Positions 14,070-28,770 of a stretch of DNA of 64,000 nucleotides are shown piece after piece (position 1 is the first letter of the stretch; each line of letters opens with the position of its first letter). This DNA comes from the human T2T-CHM13v2.0 reference genome, Homo sapiens. The stretch is taken from the NCBI RefSeq assembly GCF_009914755.1, contig NC_060925.1; one strand, given 5' to 3'. A model generated the notes under the pieces. The model ran no database searches. It was not told the origin of the DNA and saw only the letters and a program-made list of their open reading frames with translations. The translations under genes were made by a program, and so were the position numbers.

Positions 14070-16340
14070 TAGTTTTATTTGGAAGTTAGATAATAATTTA
14101 TTGCTACATTTAAGGAATCATTATGAATACAGCTTTGGAAATAAGAACTTCTCTTATTTGTTTTGAGAGACAAAAAAGCAGTCCCAGAGATTAAGTGAAT
14201 TCATTAAATTTAAATAGCAAATATTCAGAAGGGTCCAGATTTGTGGATACCTGATATTCCCTGTCCACTATAGCTATAAAGTTGCTAACATGGTTTTAAT
14301 TAGTTAATTCTCTGTGAGAACTTTAGAAAGGGCTTTGTTTTTTTCTTTTGACCATTAGAGGTCAAAAGAAAATGGTCAATGACCTCTAATGGTCAAAAGA
14401 AAATGGTAATGTTAGTACCATAAACTAACTACTCATGTTTTGTAAAAAGTATGCAGCAGAGTCCACAAATCCTTTTATTCTTACACAGTAACTGTGACTA
14501 ATGGCTAGAGTCTGCCTAGGTGTTGTGTTGCGAAAGACCCTGAAACCATCCTTTGGTTAGACAATCAGCAAACAATAGTTGCATGATCACATGAAGAAGT
14601 GCAGTGATATTATATATTCCAGGTATATATTCCTTCAACTTCTTTTTTTTTTCTGAGCAGTTACCTAGAAATCACCCAAATTACAAATCACTTTCATCAT
14701 AAACTGGAAAAAAAAGTAACAACACAGATGTAACATAATTTTAGATTTTATATTAATACTTGTATATAACTGTTGAATTAACTAATGAATAGCCAGTATA
14801 ATAACTTCTAAACCTGCAAGATAAGTCTATCTAGTGAAAATTACTTAAACGATCTGTGAAATGGGTGAATGAGTGTTTACCATACCCTACAGTTTGAAAC
14901 CTGTATCTGCTTTCCTTTCCCAAAAGACAAAGAAGGATGGAAACAATAATTATGTGTTTTTCTAACACAAACTATTAATAAGGAGGTGATGACAAATACA
15001 TTAATGGTGAAATTATGGTGTCATTATCATAGAATATCCTTGATGCTAAATTATTATTCTTGTTATGTTGCATTCATATTTTTCAAAGTGAATTACAAAT
15101 TAAATTATTATCCTCTTGAATATCATTGCTCTGAAAACAACTTCTACACTTTGATTTGGCAGTATAATGAGTTGGGATGCTAAAAATTTGACCTGTAATG
15201 AGAAAAAATTAAGCTATAAAAAATTTATTAAGTCACATAAATGTAATTTTTGCATGTATATGTGTGTGTCTGTGTATATTTCATTTTATTTTCATTAATA
15301 GAATTTTAGTACTCATATTTAAATGGCAGAGACCATATCTACCCTGTTCACTGAGCTATTTTCAGGCCTCAGTTATGCATAGCCACTCAATAAATATCTC
15401 TTGACTGATTTTAGGTCCCTATGCTAGATAAGAGCTTTCATTCATTTATTCATTTAACAGAGGTTTAGTGAACATCTGAGGGGTTTAACAAATTCTGTTA
15501 CTATAAACCAATAATTTACTCATGATATTATATATAAAGTATACTTATATTAATAATAATTGCTAACATTTATCAGGCACTTATGTGCCAGAGACTTAGT
15601 TCTTTACATGTGTTCTTTAATTTAATCCCACCACAAAGCTATGTACTACTTTATTATAATTTTCATTTGTCTGATGAGTAAATCAAAGTACAGATGGCTT
15701 AATCATATTATGCAAAGTCACTAATTAATAAATGAGAAAGCTGAGATTTGAGTTGTCTCATTGTTGAGTCGGCCCTGCACTATAGCATAGTGTTATAGGT
15801 GCAGAGAAGAGGGGAAAACTTGCTTTTTATTAATTTCATATTTGGAAATCATGTAATATGTTTAATAAAAGTAATATTAATTGTACTCATATTATGTCTT
15901 TATAACAGATACATTCATTGAAGACAGAATAATAAAAAGTAAATAAAATCTGCTATCATTTCTGTATTATTTATTTAACTTAAAATATTTTAATAACATG
16001 TTCTAAATCTTTTTAATTATGGTCTTCATAATATTTAGAGTAAATATTTAATAATTCAATTGTATTAATGAGGGTAAGTCATACAACTCTTTTAAATAAT
16101 TATTTGTACACCATGAAGGTACACTTCTCATCTCAATTAAAATCACTGAATGTGTTCATACAAATACTAAACTTAAAAGGGCTACTTCAGTTCCTTAGAA
16201 GGATAAGCCTCTTAGGTAGGAGGATAAATAATCTTCAATTTCCTCTTCTGTATAAATGAGAAGCAAAAATCATTATCTATCTCATAGGTTTGTTTTGAGG
16301 ATTAAATAGTACATAATCAGGAATTTTAAGAATGGTTTAT

Positions 16341-16418
16341 CCCCTGTGACACGCAATTTACCCATGTGACAAATCTGCACATGTACCCCTTGAATCTAAA
16401 ATAAAAGTTGGAAATAAA
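16341..16418 (+). mobile_element. Very short 5'-truncated L1 tail
   Basis: CCCCTGTGACACGCAATTTACCCATGTGACAAATCTGCACATGTACCCC...AATAAAAG; TSD AAGAATG(G/A)TTTAT (16328-16340 / 16419-16431). Confidence 0.75.
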
Positions 16419-17485
16419 AAGAATGATTTATATGTCTGTTTTTACCACTGGACTTTGCAGCAGAGTCTGTCACAGTCACATTTCTGTGCTCCTGTCCAAC
16501 CAGTCTTGATATTGAGTATATTTAAGTTCATTAATAAAGTTTTTTCCCTATAATGAGTGAAAAAACAAAAACTACAAATTGATTACAATTATAACAAATT
16601 ATAAAACCAAAGTCTGTGATGTGAATACATTTGCTGGATTATATCAACTATAATTATTAACTCTCATTACCTGATTATATGCATTAAGAGCCTCATATGC
16701 ATTACCTATAGTGCCTGTTTTATGACACTTCAAATTATTTCTAAAAATAAGTATATTAATTTCTTTATGGCATGAGGTTTTGATACATAGCAATCTGCTA
16801 TTAGAATATACTTGATCAAGGTCTTAAATTTAAACATGAAAATTAAATTATTTTTGTTTTAGGTTAATAGGTGATTTATAGAGAAAGCTAGATTTATCCT
16901 TTCAGGTTTATCTAAGTATAGCATCTTAATCTGATTTTCTAGTACACCGTATTTAGTTCCTGATCCACAGTTAATTCTGCCTCATTATTTATTTATTTTA
17001 TTCAGCATTCTTCTTTTGTTCTGTTTTGACGATATATGGTAGAGAACATCTTTCAGTATACATGTGATTTCATATATTCCATCATAAAAAAGTATTACTG
17101 GATCTAGGCTGCTATTAATGCCTTAGCTTTTTATTTATTAATTGTAAGATATACACCTTTTGGAATTTTCGTCTCTTAAATAACTTATTTAAGGTCAACT
17201 ATCGAAGAAATTAAGAAATGTTAGATCTGTTAGATTTTGTAAATCTTTCCTATCTATACAGGATGGTACATAATTCAGGATATTTCTACCCAACAATATT
17301 AACTCATACATGTTTTTCAATATGTACATACATATGTATGTTTACATACACATATACACATATATGTAAGTGTATGCAAATGTTGAAAAACATGTATATA
17401 TGTATGTAAACACACACATATATACATATTGTTTATGCATCTTTTATTTCGTATTACCAAGACTCCCATTTGGTAATTGTAAATA

Positions 17486-18128
17486 CAGTCAATTCTTATT
17501 ATTTGTGGTAGTTATGCTCTATGAAGTCACTGCAACACTGCATCAGTGAATACTACACCATTGTTCCCCGGGGGACATATAGAGTTAGAGTCCTGTATCT
17601 CCTGTTAGGCTCCTATGAGTCTCTGGTCACATATTTGTCAATCAATAAATATATAACATTATTCTATATGTCTTTCTATTTAAAGATATCTTATTTAATA
17701 TATCGAATTGTTCATTAACATTGAAAGTAATGGTCAACAGCACTACAACTCAGGCCTAAAGCTTATCTAACACATGCATTTTCTCTGTTAAGATACATCA
17801 AAGCCTTTTTGTTCTGAGGAACACCACATAGTGCTTCTGTATAATGTTTGGGGCCATTGTAAATAGTGAAATCACCGACGAAAAGCACAAAAATACAAAA
17901 ACATAGCACTAGTTAGACCGTAAAGAGCATGTATTTATAGTACGAGAGTTGAAACAAGAAGAGAGAGCATTGCCTTTTTTGACCTAAGACAGGACAACCG
18001 TATTGGTCAACGTAAAATTTTTGCTGCTCTTTATATTTCCATGAAATTGTCAGAGATACAGATTTGGGTGATCACAAAAAATTATAGTGACTTCACCAAT
18101 ATGAAACCTACAAAGAATGAGGACTGGC
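17486..18128. mobile_element. MER82 (TcMar-Tigger)
   Basis: TA-CAGTCAATTCTTATTATTTGTGGTAGTTATGCTCTATGAAGTC...; matches the recalled consensus along its length. Confidence 0.8.
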
Positions 18129-19579
18129 TACATGTTGTGAGCATTTCCATGCTGGACTGATCATTTAGCCCAACAAAATGTAATTGGTTGAGACATTATT
18201 AGACTAAATTTTAAATAATTTATTCAGTATGTCAACTAATATCAATTAAAGAAATGTATAGGTCCAAAAGATTTATAATACTATTTCTATTGAAGTAGTC
18301 TAAGTACCCTCAGGAAGAGTTTCTTCCACTTGCATATTCTATTCAACTTCTGAGTCAGTGGCATGGTCAGGGCACAATTAGTGATTCCTGAAAGCATGCA
18401 GTACACGTTAAGATACTATGGCATCAACTCATGTTTTAATAATTCAGATATATTTTGCAAATTCTCAACTAGGCATCAACTTTTAAATCACATCATTTCA
18501 AACTAATATAGAAGAATAATATTTTTGGCTGTAAGAAAATAAAAATGTTTGGCTATTCATTTAGAAGATTCAAACACTAATTTTAAACATAAGAGAAATG
18601 TATTTAAATGAGAGAAACATTTCAACTTTGCATAAAATTCTTTCCATAAACAGTAATGAAATATAATAATGATTTATTTCAATGAAATTACTAAGTAAAT
18701 ATTCCATTAATCCAAAACCAACTACATATTTCACACTTCTAATACATGCTTCAAAAATTGTTTTGCAATCTAGTACTCTTAACAAAAGTTTCAAAAATTT
18801 AATGACATAAAACTGTATGTGACAACTAACTCCTAAGTGCAGATAATTCAATAGGCCATGTGAATTAAATACAACATTTAAAAAATATCTAAATATTAAT
18901 TATTTAATACTCTACTAATATTCTTACCAGTATTTGTCTTCTCTTGAATTTTTTGAGTTCCATTGTTAGAATGAGTTGAATTACAGTTACCTTACTGCAG
19001 AAAGTTTTCATCCCATTCAAAAAAACAAAAGGCATTTTATCTGTTCATTGCCTGCTTGCAATAACCTAAACTAATAATTTTACTTCCAGTCTTTTTCTCT
19101 CTCTTTCCATCAATTACTTTCCTGACTAGATGGTTGAAACAATTTACAGCCAGCCAACAAAATAAAATCCAAATTATCGCCATTTATATTGTATTCCCAT
19201 TGTATTGTATAAATGAATCTTAAACATCCTTTTATGGTAACATCGTGTCTAGTTTTCAATCCTTACCTCCTGATTTGCCTCCTCTATGCACTGTGCTCTA
19301 ACAATAATGTAGCAAATTTAATTCACTCCAAATCATGCTAGTTTTTATGCCTCCATGCCATGCATCCACTTTAGAATTCCTTGTCCTTTAGCCTGCCTAA
19401 AGATAGCCCATTTAAAAATCAGCTTAAGCATTTTCTTCTCTGTAAACTTTGACCACCTTAAGAAATATGTTGATCATCTTTCACTTCAGAACTTTTAACA
19501 TCTATTTGCCATTGCCTTTTTTATATAGGAATACATTTCCAAATGACTTAAGAGTATCTTATTGCAATAAGTCTTGCAA

Positions 19580-21115
19580 GCTGCTGATGGCTCTACAATT
19601 CTGCAATTGGGAGGGCAGCAGTCCCATTCCTACAGCTTCACTAGGTAGTGGCCCACTGGGGACTCTGTGTGGGAGCTCCAACCTCCCATTTCCCCTTGGC
19701 ACTGCCCTAGTACGCAGCCATCTATGAGGGCTCTGCCCTTACAAAGGCTTCTTTCTGGACAACCAGGCTTTCTCATATATCCTCTGAAATCTAGGCAGAG
19801 GCTGCCAAGTGTTCTTAATTCTTACATTCTGCACACATACTGGGTTAACATCACTTGGAAGCCGCCAAGGCTTATGTCTTGCATTCTCCAAAGTAGCAGC
19901 CCGAGCTGTACCTGGGCTTCTGTGAGCCGTGGATAGAATGGGAATAGCCAGGATGTAGGGAGCAGTGTCTCAAGGCTGCATAGGGCAGAAGGACCCTGGG
20001 GCTGGCCTACAAAACCATTCTGTCTTCCTAGGCCTCTGGGCCTGTGATGAGAGGGGCTGTCATTAAGGTCTCTAAAATGCCTTTGAGGCCTTTCCCCATT
20101 CTCTTTGGTATTCACACCTTGCTCCCTTTTGGTTATGTGAATATCTCTGAAGGTGGTTGCTCCAAAGCCAGTTTAAATTTCTTTAAAGAAAAAGAAAGCT
20201 TTTTCTTTCCTTGACACGTGGCCAGGCTGCTAATTTTCCAAACGTTTATGCTTTGCTTTCTGTTTAAATATAAAATCCAAATTTAAGTCACTTGTTTGCT
20301 CCTGCATTTGAGCATAGGTTGTTGGAAGCAGCCAAGTCACATCTCAAACCCTTTACTGCTAGAAATTTCTTTCACCAGATACTTTAAATCATCACTCTGA
20401 CCTTCAAACATCCACAGATCTCTAGGGCAGGGGCACAGTGCAGCCAAGTTCTTTGCTAAGGCTAACACACATGACCTTTACTCCAGTTCCCAATAACTTC
20501 CTCATTTCTGAGACCTCACCATCTTGGTCTTCATGTCCATATTTCTATCAGCATTTTGGTCATAACCATGTAACAAGTCTCTAAGAAGTTCCATATTTTC
20601 CCTTCTTCCTGTCTTCTTCTGAGCCCTCCAAACTCTTCCAACCTCTGCCCATTCCACGTTTTCAGGTATCTTTACATTATTGTCCCACCTACAGTACCAA
20701 TTTTCTGTATTAGGCCATTCTTGTGTTGCTAGAAAGAAATACCTGAGACTGAGTAATTTATAAAGAGGAGGGGCTTAATCGGCTCACAGTTCCGCAGGCT
20801 TTTTAAGAAGCATGGTGCCAACATCCGCTTGGATTCTGGGGAGGCATCGGGAAGCTTACAATCATGGTGGAAGGCAAAAAGTAGCAGGTGCATCACGTGG
20901 TGAAAGCAGGAGCGAGAGTGTGCGTCGGCAGGGAGAGGTACCACAGACTTAAATGACTAGCTTTTGTGAGAAGTTGCTCACTGCTGTGAAGACAGCACCA
21001 AGCCATGAGGGATCCGCCTGCATGACCCAAACACCTCTCACCAGCCCCACTTCCAGCACTGAGGATTATAATTCAGTATGAGATTTGGGCAGGAACAAAC
21101 ATACAAACTATATCT
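19580..21115 (-). mobile_element. MSTA 5' LTR (20706-21115) plus MST internal fragment (~19580-20705)
   Basis: LTR TGTATTAGGCCATTCTTGTGTTGCT...CAAACTATATC; internal junction CAGTACCAATTTTC; typical MaLR internal sequence. Confidence 0.87.
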
Positions 21116-21169
21116 CAATAAGAGAACTAATTAACCAATAGATACTCAGTCTTTGACTTTCTCATCTAA

Positions 21170-21474
<305 letters not shown>

Positions 21475-21483
21475 TGAGACTTC

Positions 21484-21491
21484 TATTTTTA

Positions 21492-21542
<51 letters not shown>

Positions 21543-21797
21543 TTAGACAGAGTCTCGCTCTGTTGCCAGGCTGGAGTATAGTGGTGCAATCTTGGCCCAC
21601 TGCAACGTCTGCTTCCTGGGTTCTCAGCCTCCCTAGTAGCTGGGACTACAGGTGAGCACCAACACACCTGGCTAATTTTTCTATTTTTAGTAGAAACATG
21701 GTTTCGCCATGTTGGCCAGGCTGGTCTTGAACTTCTGACCTCAGGTGATCCACCCGCCTTGACCTCCCAAAGTGCTGGGATAACAGGCATGAACCAC
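21484..21797 (-). mobile_element. AluS with (TTA)n tail, directly adjacent to the previous Alu
   Basis: Reverse Alu with a small internal deletion; tail has become ~(TTA)15 at ~21496-21542. Confidence 0.85.
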
Positions 21798-21933
21798 TTA
21801 TTATTATTACATAACCCTACAAGAGTTTAAATGCATTATTGTATTCTATAATTTTAACCATATTATCTGTAAAGTTAGACTTGATTGCTACTCCATTATT
21901 CATTTTTACATCTTCAAATTAAATATGACATAT

Positions 21934-22298
21934 TGCTAGGGTCTTAATGATTGTGTCCCCCAAAATTCATATGTTGAAACCCATCACCTATGTGAGGGTA
22001 TCAGGAAGTTGAACCATTGGGAGGTAATTATGTCATGGGAGCAGAGCCCTCATGAATGACATCAGTGCCTTTATAAAAAAAAGGCCCATGAGAAACCCTT
22101 TGTCCCTTCCACCATGAGAACACAGCTAGAAGGTATCAATTATGAATGAGAAAATGTATCATCACTAGACACTCTGATCTGCTGGAACCTTGATAGTGAA
22201 CTTCTCAGCTTCTAAAACTGTTAGAAATAAATTTCTGCTATTTAAAACCTACCCAGTTCACGGTATTTTTGTTATAGCAGCACAGATGGGCTAAAATA
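21934..22298 (+). mobile_element. MLT1A0-like LTR
   Basis: TGTGTCCCCCAAAATTCATATGTTGAAAC...TTTGTTATAGCAGCAC. Confidence 0.85.
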
Positions 22299-22883
22299 TG
22301 TTTATTCTTCTTATGATTTGTCTCATCAGCCTCAGTAGATATGTAAAAATATGATGTGAAATAAGTAATTCCACAAATATTTCCTGGTAGCTAATTATGA
22401 GCTTAACATGAGCAAGGAACTATATATATGGGCTAGAGAGGAAATATGAAGTCAAGCTTCTGACCCAAAGAAATTTAGATGCTAACACATGAAAGGCAAG
22501 ATAAGAAACAAAGCAAGTGACAATTAAATACTTATCCATGTGGCCAAGATTATAGGTACTAAAGGATTTCACAAAAAGGGAGATGAATGTGAGAATAGAA
22601 TATTAAATAAAACTTGACATTTGTTATGAAATTTAAACTGGATTGAGTTTTTGAAAGGAGAAAGAGGGAGGAGAGATGCAGTTCCCGGCAAAGAACAGGG
22701 AAAGAAAAGGGAATAATACACATATTGCCTGGAAGGAAGTTATTCTGATATCTTTCTCAACGAATATAAAGCAACTATTATTTTGCACATGACTCATTTT
22801 TGTTACAAATGCCTCAGATCTTCAAGCAACATTTGATAGCTCTGTATTTGTACCAGTAATGACAAAAACCTCCCTTTCACTAT

Positions 22884-23252
22884 ATGGAATGGCTAGTTTT
22901 ATGTTTTAACTTGGCTAGGCAGTCTAGATTTTGCTGTGAAGATACTTTTAGGATGTGATTAACATTTAAATCAATAAAATGTGCGTAAAGTATAATGTGG
23001 GTAGGTCACATTGGCCTCTTCCACAGTTCCATCAATTGAAGACTATCAGAGCAATTATTGAGTTTTCCCAAAGAAGAAGAAATCCTTCTCAATACTGCAA
23101 CATACAAACCCAGCCTGAGTCTCTAGTCCCACAGTATCATAAGACAATTCCTTAAATTGTTCTCACTTCTTCTCTCCCTTCCCAACAGCACCCCCCAAGC
23201 CCCACCCACATCTTCAATTGATTCTCTTCCCCTGGGGAACTCTGACTAATAT
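22884..23252 (+). mobile_element. MLT2D-like LTR
   Basis: AACTTGGCTAGGC...TTGCTGTGAAGATAC...GAACTCTGACTAATA. Confidence 0.7.
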
Positions 23253-24367
23253 ACTACCCTTACCTTTCTAGCATTACTGTTTTCCCTACCTAGTCAGAGA
23301 AAACTATTTTAAGCTTAACATATACAAGCATATTATGATATAATATGTTAGGAAAAAAATGACTGTTTGTAAATGCAGCTGCTAATTTGTTTAACTAGGA
23401 ACAAACAATGAAATAGTTATTGCCTTCAAATAGTAAATAATGGAATTTAAAAGAAATATGAAAAACAATTAAGTCAATCTACTTTCATTTGCCACTGTGG
23501 CTAAGAATAGAGCATACATGGCATAGCATATTGTTTAAAAATCCCAGAATCCTGTAATATCTTCATACATTAAAGGGGCTTTAATAAGAAAATGATAGTT
23601 AACCGTGAAATTCTTTTCTTTGTCCATTTTTATCAATATCTTAAGGGTGATTACATGTGCTCTTTTTGACATAATTAAAATCTCAGCCACTGAAATATAT
23701 TCAAAGCAATATGGAAACCAAGAAGAATGTGATTTTCCCTGCCAGCAGCAATCCGCAATAGGGCTGTATCTATACAGCCTAAACAGCTCACCCCCACTGG
23801 GAAATAGCAACCTCCCCATTATGGAGATGGCATTATTTTTCAAGATGATCTGCTCTATGTACTACTGCCCAGCATGCTATCCATAACTCTCCAGATAAAC
23901 TGAAGGGACTGAAAAATTTATGAACTCATGAATTCTTTTCTTGTAGGGAACCCCCAGTCGAATTCACCAGAGGATTTCTTATGCCTATGTGAAGATCCTT
24001 TGGCAAAATAGAAAATGTGTGGGGAGAGTAATGGGATATTGAAACTGACTCCTGTTTACTAGAAATTCTCTTGTGACTGTGTATGATAAAAAGTAGACTA
24101 TGACATAGTACAGCTTTCTAGGCTGTAGTGCACCTTAAAGATATCATATAATATAGTTAATCCACCATGTATTTTTCTTTAGTAGTTTTACACTGATTTT
24201 TGAAGTAACTACTTTAAACAAAATATGCTTAATGTATTATGTAGATATTTTTCCAACGAATCATATCCATTACAAAAATTAAATTAGTATAAACATTAAT
24301 AGATAATAATTACAAAGTATTTCAGAAACAGACTTACTCAAAACCACATAAAGGACAAACACAAATT

Positions 24368-24692
24368 ATGTCATCCCTCGGTATCCATACGGGGTTAGTT
24401 TCAGAAACTCCTGGAGATAGCAAAATCTGATGCTCAAGTCTCTTATATAAAACGGCATAATATTCGCATATAACCTACCCTCATCCTTCCATGTACTTCA
24501 TCTCTAGATTTCTTATAATACCTAATCCAATGTAAATGCTATGTCAATCATTGTTATACTGTATTGTTTAGGGAATAATGGCAAGGAAAAAAGTCTGTAC
24601 ATACTCAGTACATACATAATCATTGTTTTTTTTCCAGATATTTTGGATCCATGGTTGAATTTGCCAATGAGGAACCCACAAAGGACTGATTG
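24368..24692. mobile_element. MER2 (TcMar-Tigger)
   Basis: GTCATCCCTCGGTATCCA...GATGCTCAAGTCTCTTATATAAAACGGC...TAGGGAATAATGGCAAG. Confidence 0.82.
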
Positions 24693-25026
24693 TACACATT
24701 ATTTTGTTTGATTTCATTATACCTTTATAATAAAATATTTTTCTTATGATATTTCTTCAAGGCAATTTTTATTTGTTCTACAGGGCACATTTTGGCCAAA
24801 CTTACTTGTTTACTCCCTCAGAAAAACCACTGATCAGAGAAGACAGTTTTCTTTAGAAAACTTTCAGCACATTACTTTTTAATGTATGGCTATCATAGCA
24901 TCTTGGTTACAAGTAATTGACTATATAAGAGTACATTTCTTCATTAATCAGATTTTATTTATTTTATTTGAATCTTCCTAGAGCATCCATTTGTGAATTT
25001 TTTACATGAAAATGTATGCAACCTAA

Positions 25027-25264
25027 CTTTTTTTTTCTTTTTTTAGACAGAGTTTTGCTCTTGTTTTCCAGGCTGGAGTGCAATGGGGCGATGTAGCTGG
25101 GATTATAGGCATGTGCCACCATGCTCGGCTAATTTTGTATTTTGAGTAGAGACAGGATTTCTCCATGTGGGTCAGGCTGGTCTCAAACGTCTGACCTAAC
25201 GTGATCCACCCACCTCAGCCTCCCAAAGTGCTAGGATTACAGGCATGAGCCATTGCGCCCAGCC
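25027..25264 (-). mobile_element. AluSp/Sq-like with internal deletion in the right arm
   Basis: TTTGCTCTTGTTTTCCAGGCTGGAGTGCAATGG... jumps directly to GTAGCTGGGATTATAGGC. Confidence 0.82.
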
Positions 25265-27341
25265 TTCAGCCTTACTTCTTAAAGGTTTGTCTAGGGAAGT
25301 CAGGGAGTTTATTCAAGAAATAATATTTTATGCCTCTGTGGACTTAATGTTAAATTCCTCCCAAAGCTCAAAAATATTTCAAACTATAGCATATCAAGTC
25401 CTAAAACCACAAATTTGGTTTGATAAACTCACATCTCAATATTCTAGTACATATCTGTAACACAGTTGTTGATATCTCTTCCTCTACAACTAAGTTATAT
25501 TACTTGAGTGGACTCTATAGTACATATATTAACTTTAGAAACATTTGCAAAGAAGGTGAGGAATATTTGTATGCGCACGTTTACATGAGGGAGAGAGAGA
25601 CGGAGAGAGTAAGAGAGAGAGAAGATAGTTTCAATGTAGTGTTTCTTGGGCATTCCAAATTCATTAGGACCCATGTCCATTTGGGGGTACAGACTCTCTG
25701 AAAGCAGTATATGATTTATACTATTTAACATATAAATTTATGGATCTAATAGTATATATCTCCATATCATTCTGTTCACACCTCTGAACAGGGCAAGGTG
25801 AAATTTTCGAAGTTTAGAAAGCAATTACATTGCGAAGGAAAAATGAACTGATGTTGCTTACTAAGAGAGATATAAATTTGCAGGTTGTTTTGTTGGTGCT
25901 GCTGCTGTTTTCATTTAAAGGATCTTTTGCCTCAAGAAATAGTTTGATAAGTATAGACACTGAGAAGACTTCCTTTAGTTGGGTGCATTGGCTCTTTTAG
26001 ACCTGAAGATGTTGAAATTGTTCAAATTATTTGATAACATGGCTTCAGAATTTGCACTGATTTGATGGACAGAGGGTTTTTTTAAGATACTGGACAACAT
26101 AATGTTCCATTGCCTCATTTGTCATCTCTTCCTATTGTCAACAAAGAATCTCTAATAGTTCTATTTTCATTCTCTCTCTTTTGGAAATAGTTGAAGAATT
26201 GAAAAGTTCACATTAAGATGCTTTTGGGACTCTCTAGGAAATCTTTCCATCTCATTAGGCTAGATGCCCAGAAGCTCAGGCAGGGAAGTCAGACAGTGAA
26301 TTTCAGATCAAATCACAGAATCACAATACTTTTATGGAGTGGCAATAAGCCTGAAGAGGGATTAAATAATAAATCAACACTCATCATTGCTTCAATATAT
26401 TATTATTTCTGCTATATCTTGGAACATAGCCAATTATGGGTCTTTTCCATTCAACTGCAGAAAAAGAGAGTATGAAGAAAGAAACAGGAAAATAAGCTAG
26501 GAATAAGTAAGTGTTCATGCAGAAAGTGATAAATGCTGGAATACTGTTACCAATAGAAATGAAAATGAGGAATCTACAAGACATTTCCAAGGCAATGCTA
26601 ATCAAATAGGTATAAGAAATAAAGTATAGGAAAAACTAATCCAATGATGGATGCATTTAATTGAAATCAATAAAAATATTATTTGAATTACAAGATATTA
26701 GAAGAGATTAGCAATAGTGCATCAATGATATTGAAATGGAGATTTCAAGGAACTGAAATTGGATCTTGGATGTGTTGTTGGAGGAAAAGATAATCAGTAA
26801 ATAGACACTAACTGAAGCTGAAACGCAAGATTAACTTAATAAGTCATATAATTTTTTAAATCCCACCAACTTACAGGTAATAAAATAAAATGTGAAGTGA
26901 TTACAAATGATTTTCCCCAGGTCAATGAATACATTTTCCAAAGCAGAGCTGGATGACATCCTCTAACAGTAACTAGAATGGCCTACATTACCTCCTAACC
27001 CAAATTCTATACATAACCCAAGACCCAATTCAAATTTCACACTTCTCTGTTTCTATATCACATGTACTACTTGTCTGAAGTATTATGTATTGTCTTTGTA
27101 ATGTGCTTATTATGTAGTACACTAATATCTTTCGTAGGTGTATTTATGGCTGCTACAATTTGTCCTAGTAGAACTGTATGTATTTAGAAGATGCTCTAAA
27201 AATGCTTGCAGCCTAGATGCAATAAATGAAGGAGAAGCTTTGCTGCCTTTGAAGTCAAGTTAAAGTTCTGGAAGATCGTTGTGCTTTCAAAAATGACACC
27301 ATCGCTCCCACTTCATGTACACATTAAGAAAAAGCATATTA

Positions 27342-27639
27342 GGCCAGGCGTGGTGGCTCACGCCTGTGATCCCAGCACTTTAGGAGGCCGAGGCGGGCGG
27401 ATCACGAGGTCAGGATATCGTGACCATCCTGACTAACACGATGAAACCCCATCTCTACTAAAAATACAAAAAATTAGCTGGGTGTGGTGGTGGGTGTCTG
27501 TAGTCCCAGCTACTCAGGAGGCTGAGGCAGGAGAATGGTGTGAACCCAGGAGGAGGAGCTTGAAGTGAGCTGAGATAGCGCCACTGCACTCCAGGCTGGG
27601 CAACACAGCGAGACTCTGTCTAAAAAAAAAAAAAAAAAA
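27342..27639 (+). mobile_element. AluY
   Basis: ATCACGAGGTCAGGA..ACCATCCTGACTAACACG, GAGAATGGTGTGAACC, A tail. Confidence 0.88.
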
Positions 27640-28466
27640 GCATTTTATTTATTATATGGTTCAATATTTTTCAATAGCCAGGACAACGTTGACATTTTAC
27701 ATGAAATGCTTTTCTTTCCATATACTTCCAAGATAAGTTATATCCATTCTTTGTTTAAAAACTTGTCTCTTTCATATTATTTATAGCTGATTTTTTTTCC
27801 AGAAACCTTACAGCTGTTCTTATTTCTTTATATACCCCCTTAGAATATTTACACACCCAGCTCAATAGATGTATTAAAAATTTATATATGTCTATCTACA
27901 TTTCAATATATTTGTTCTTTATGTGTTTTCCACCCATTATCCACATTAGATTTTCTATTTTCTCAAATGCTCAGACAATATTTCATTAAGTCAGTCTGTC
28001 AATTCTATTTATGGTTCATCACTATTAGCATGCCCTGAAATGAAGTTGATGTATTATGAAAAATGAACCTGTGAACAGGGACATTTTTTACTAGGAAGTA
28101 CAGATAAGTTAAATGCTCTCTTTGTGTGTTAATCTATTATGCACACCATTACTAGTAGACTTTCATTTACTGCAGAGTATTTTATTTTACTTACAAATAG
28201 TTGAAATAAAAATAATAAATAGCACAAATCTTAATTCAGAATTCATGAACACCTATTATTTTATGCCAAGCAACACTAAATGATAGTTGACACAACTGGT
28301 ATATAGTAGTTGTTGAATAGATATTTACTGAATGAATGTATATTCAGAATGCAAGAAAGCACAACAGTATCTTCATTCATCCTGGGTGTTGATATACTCT
28401 GACCCTTGTGTGGTACTTAAGATTTACTTATTTAAGAATGCCTACTATGGTTTATCAAAAATACTT

Positions 28467-28770
<304 letters not shown>

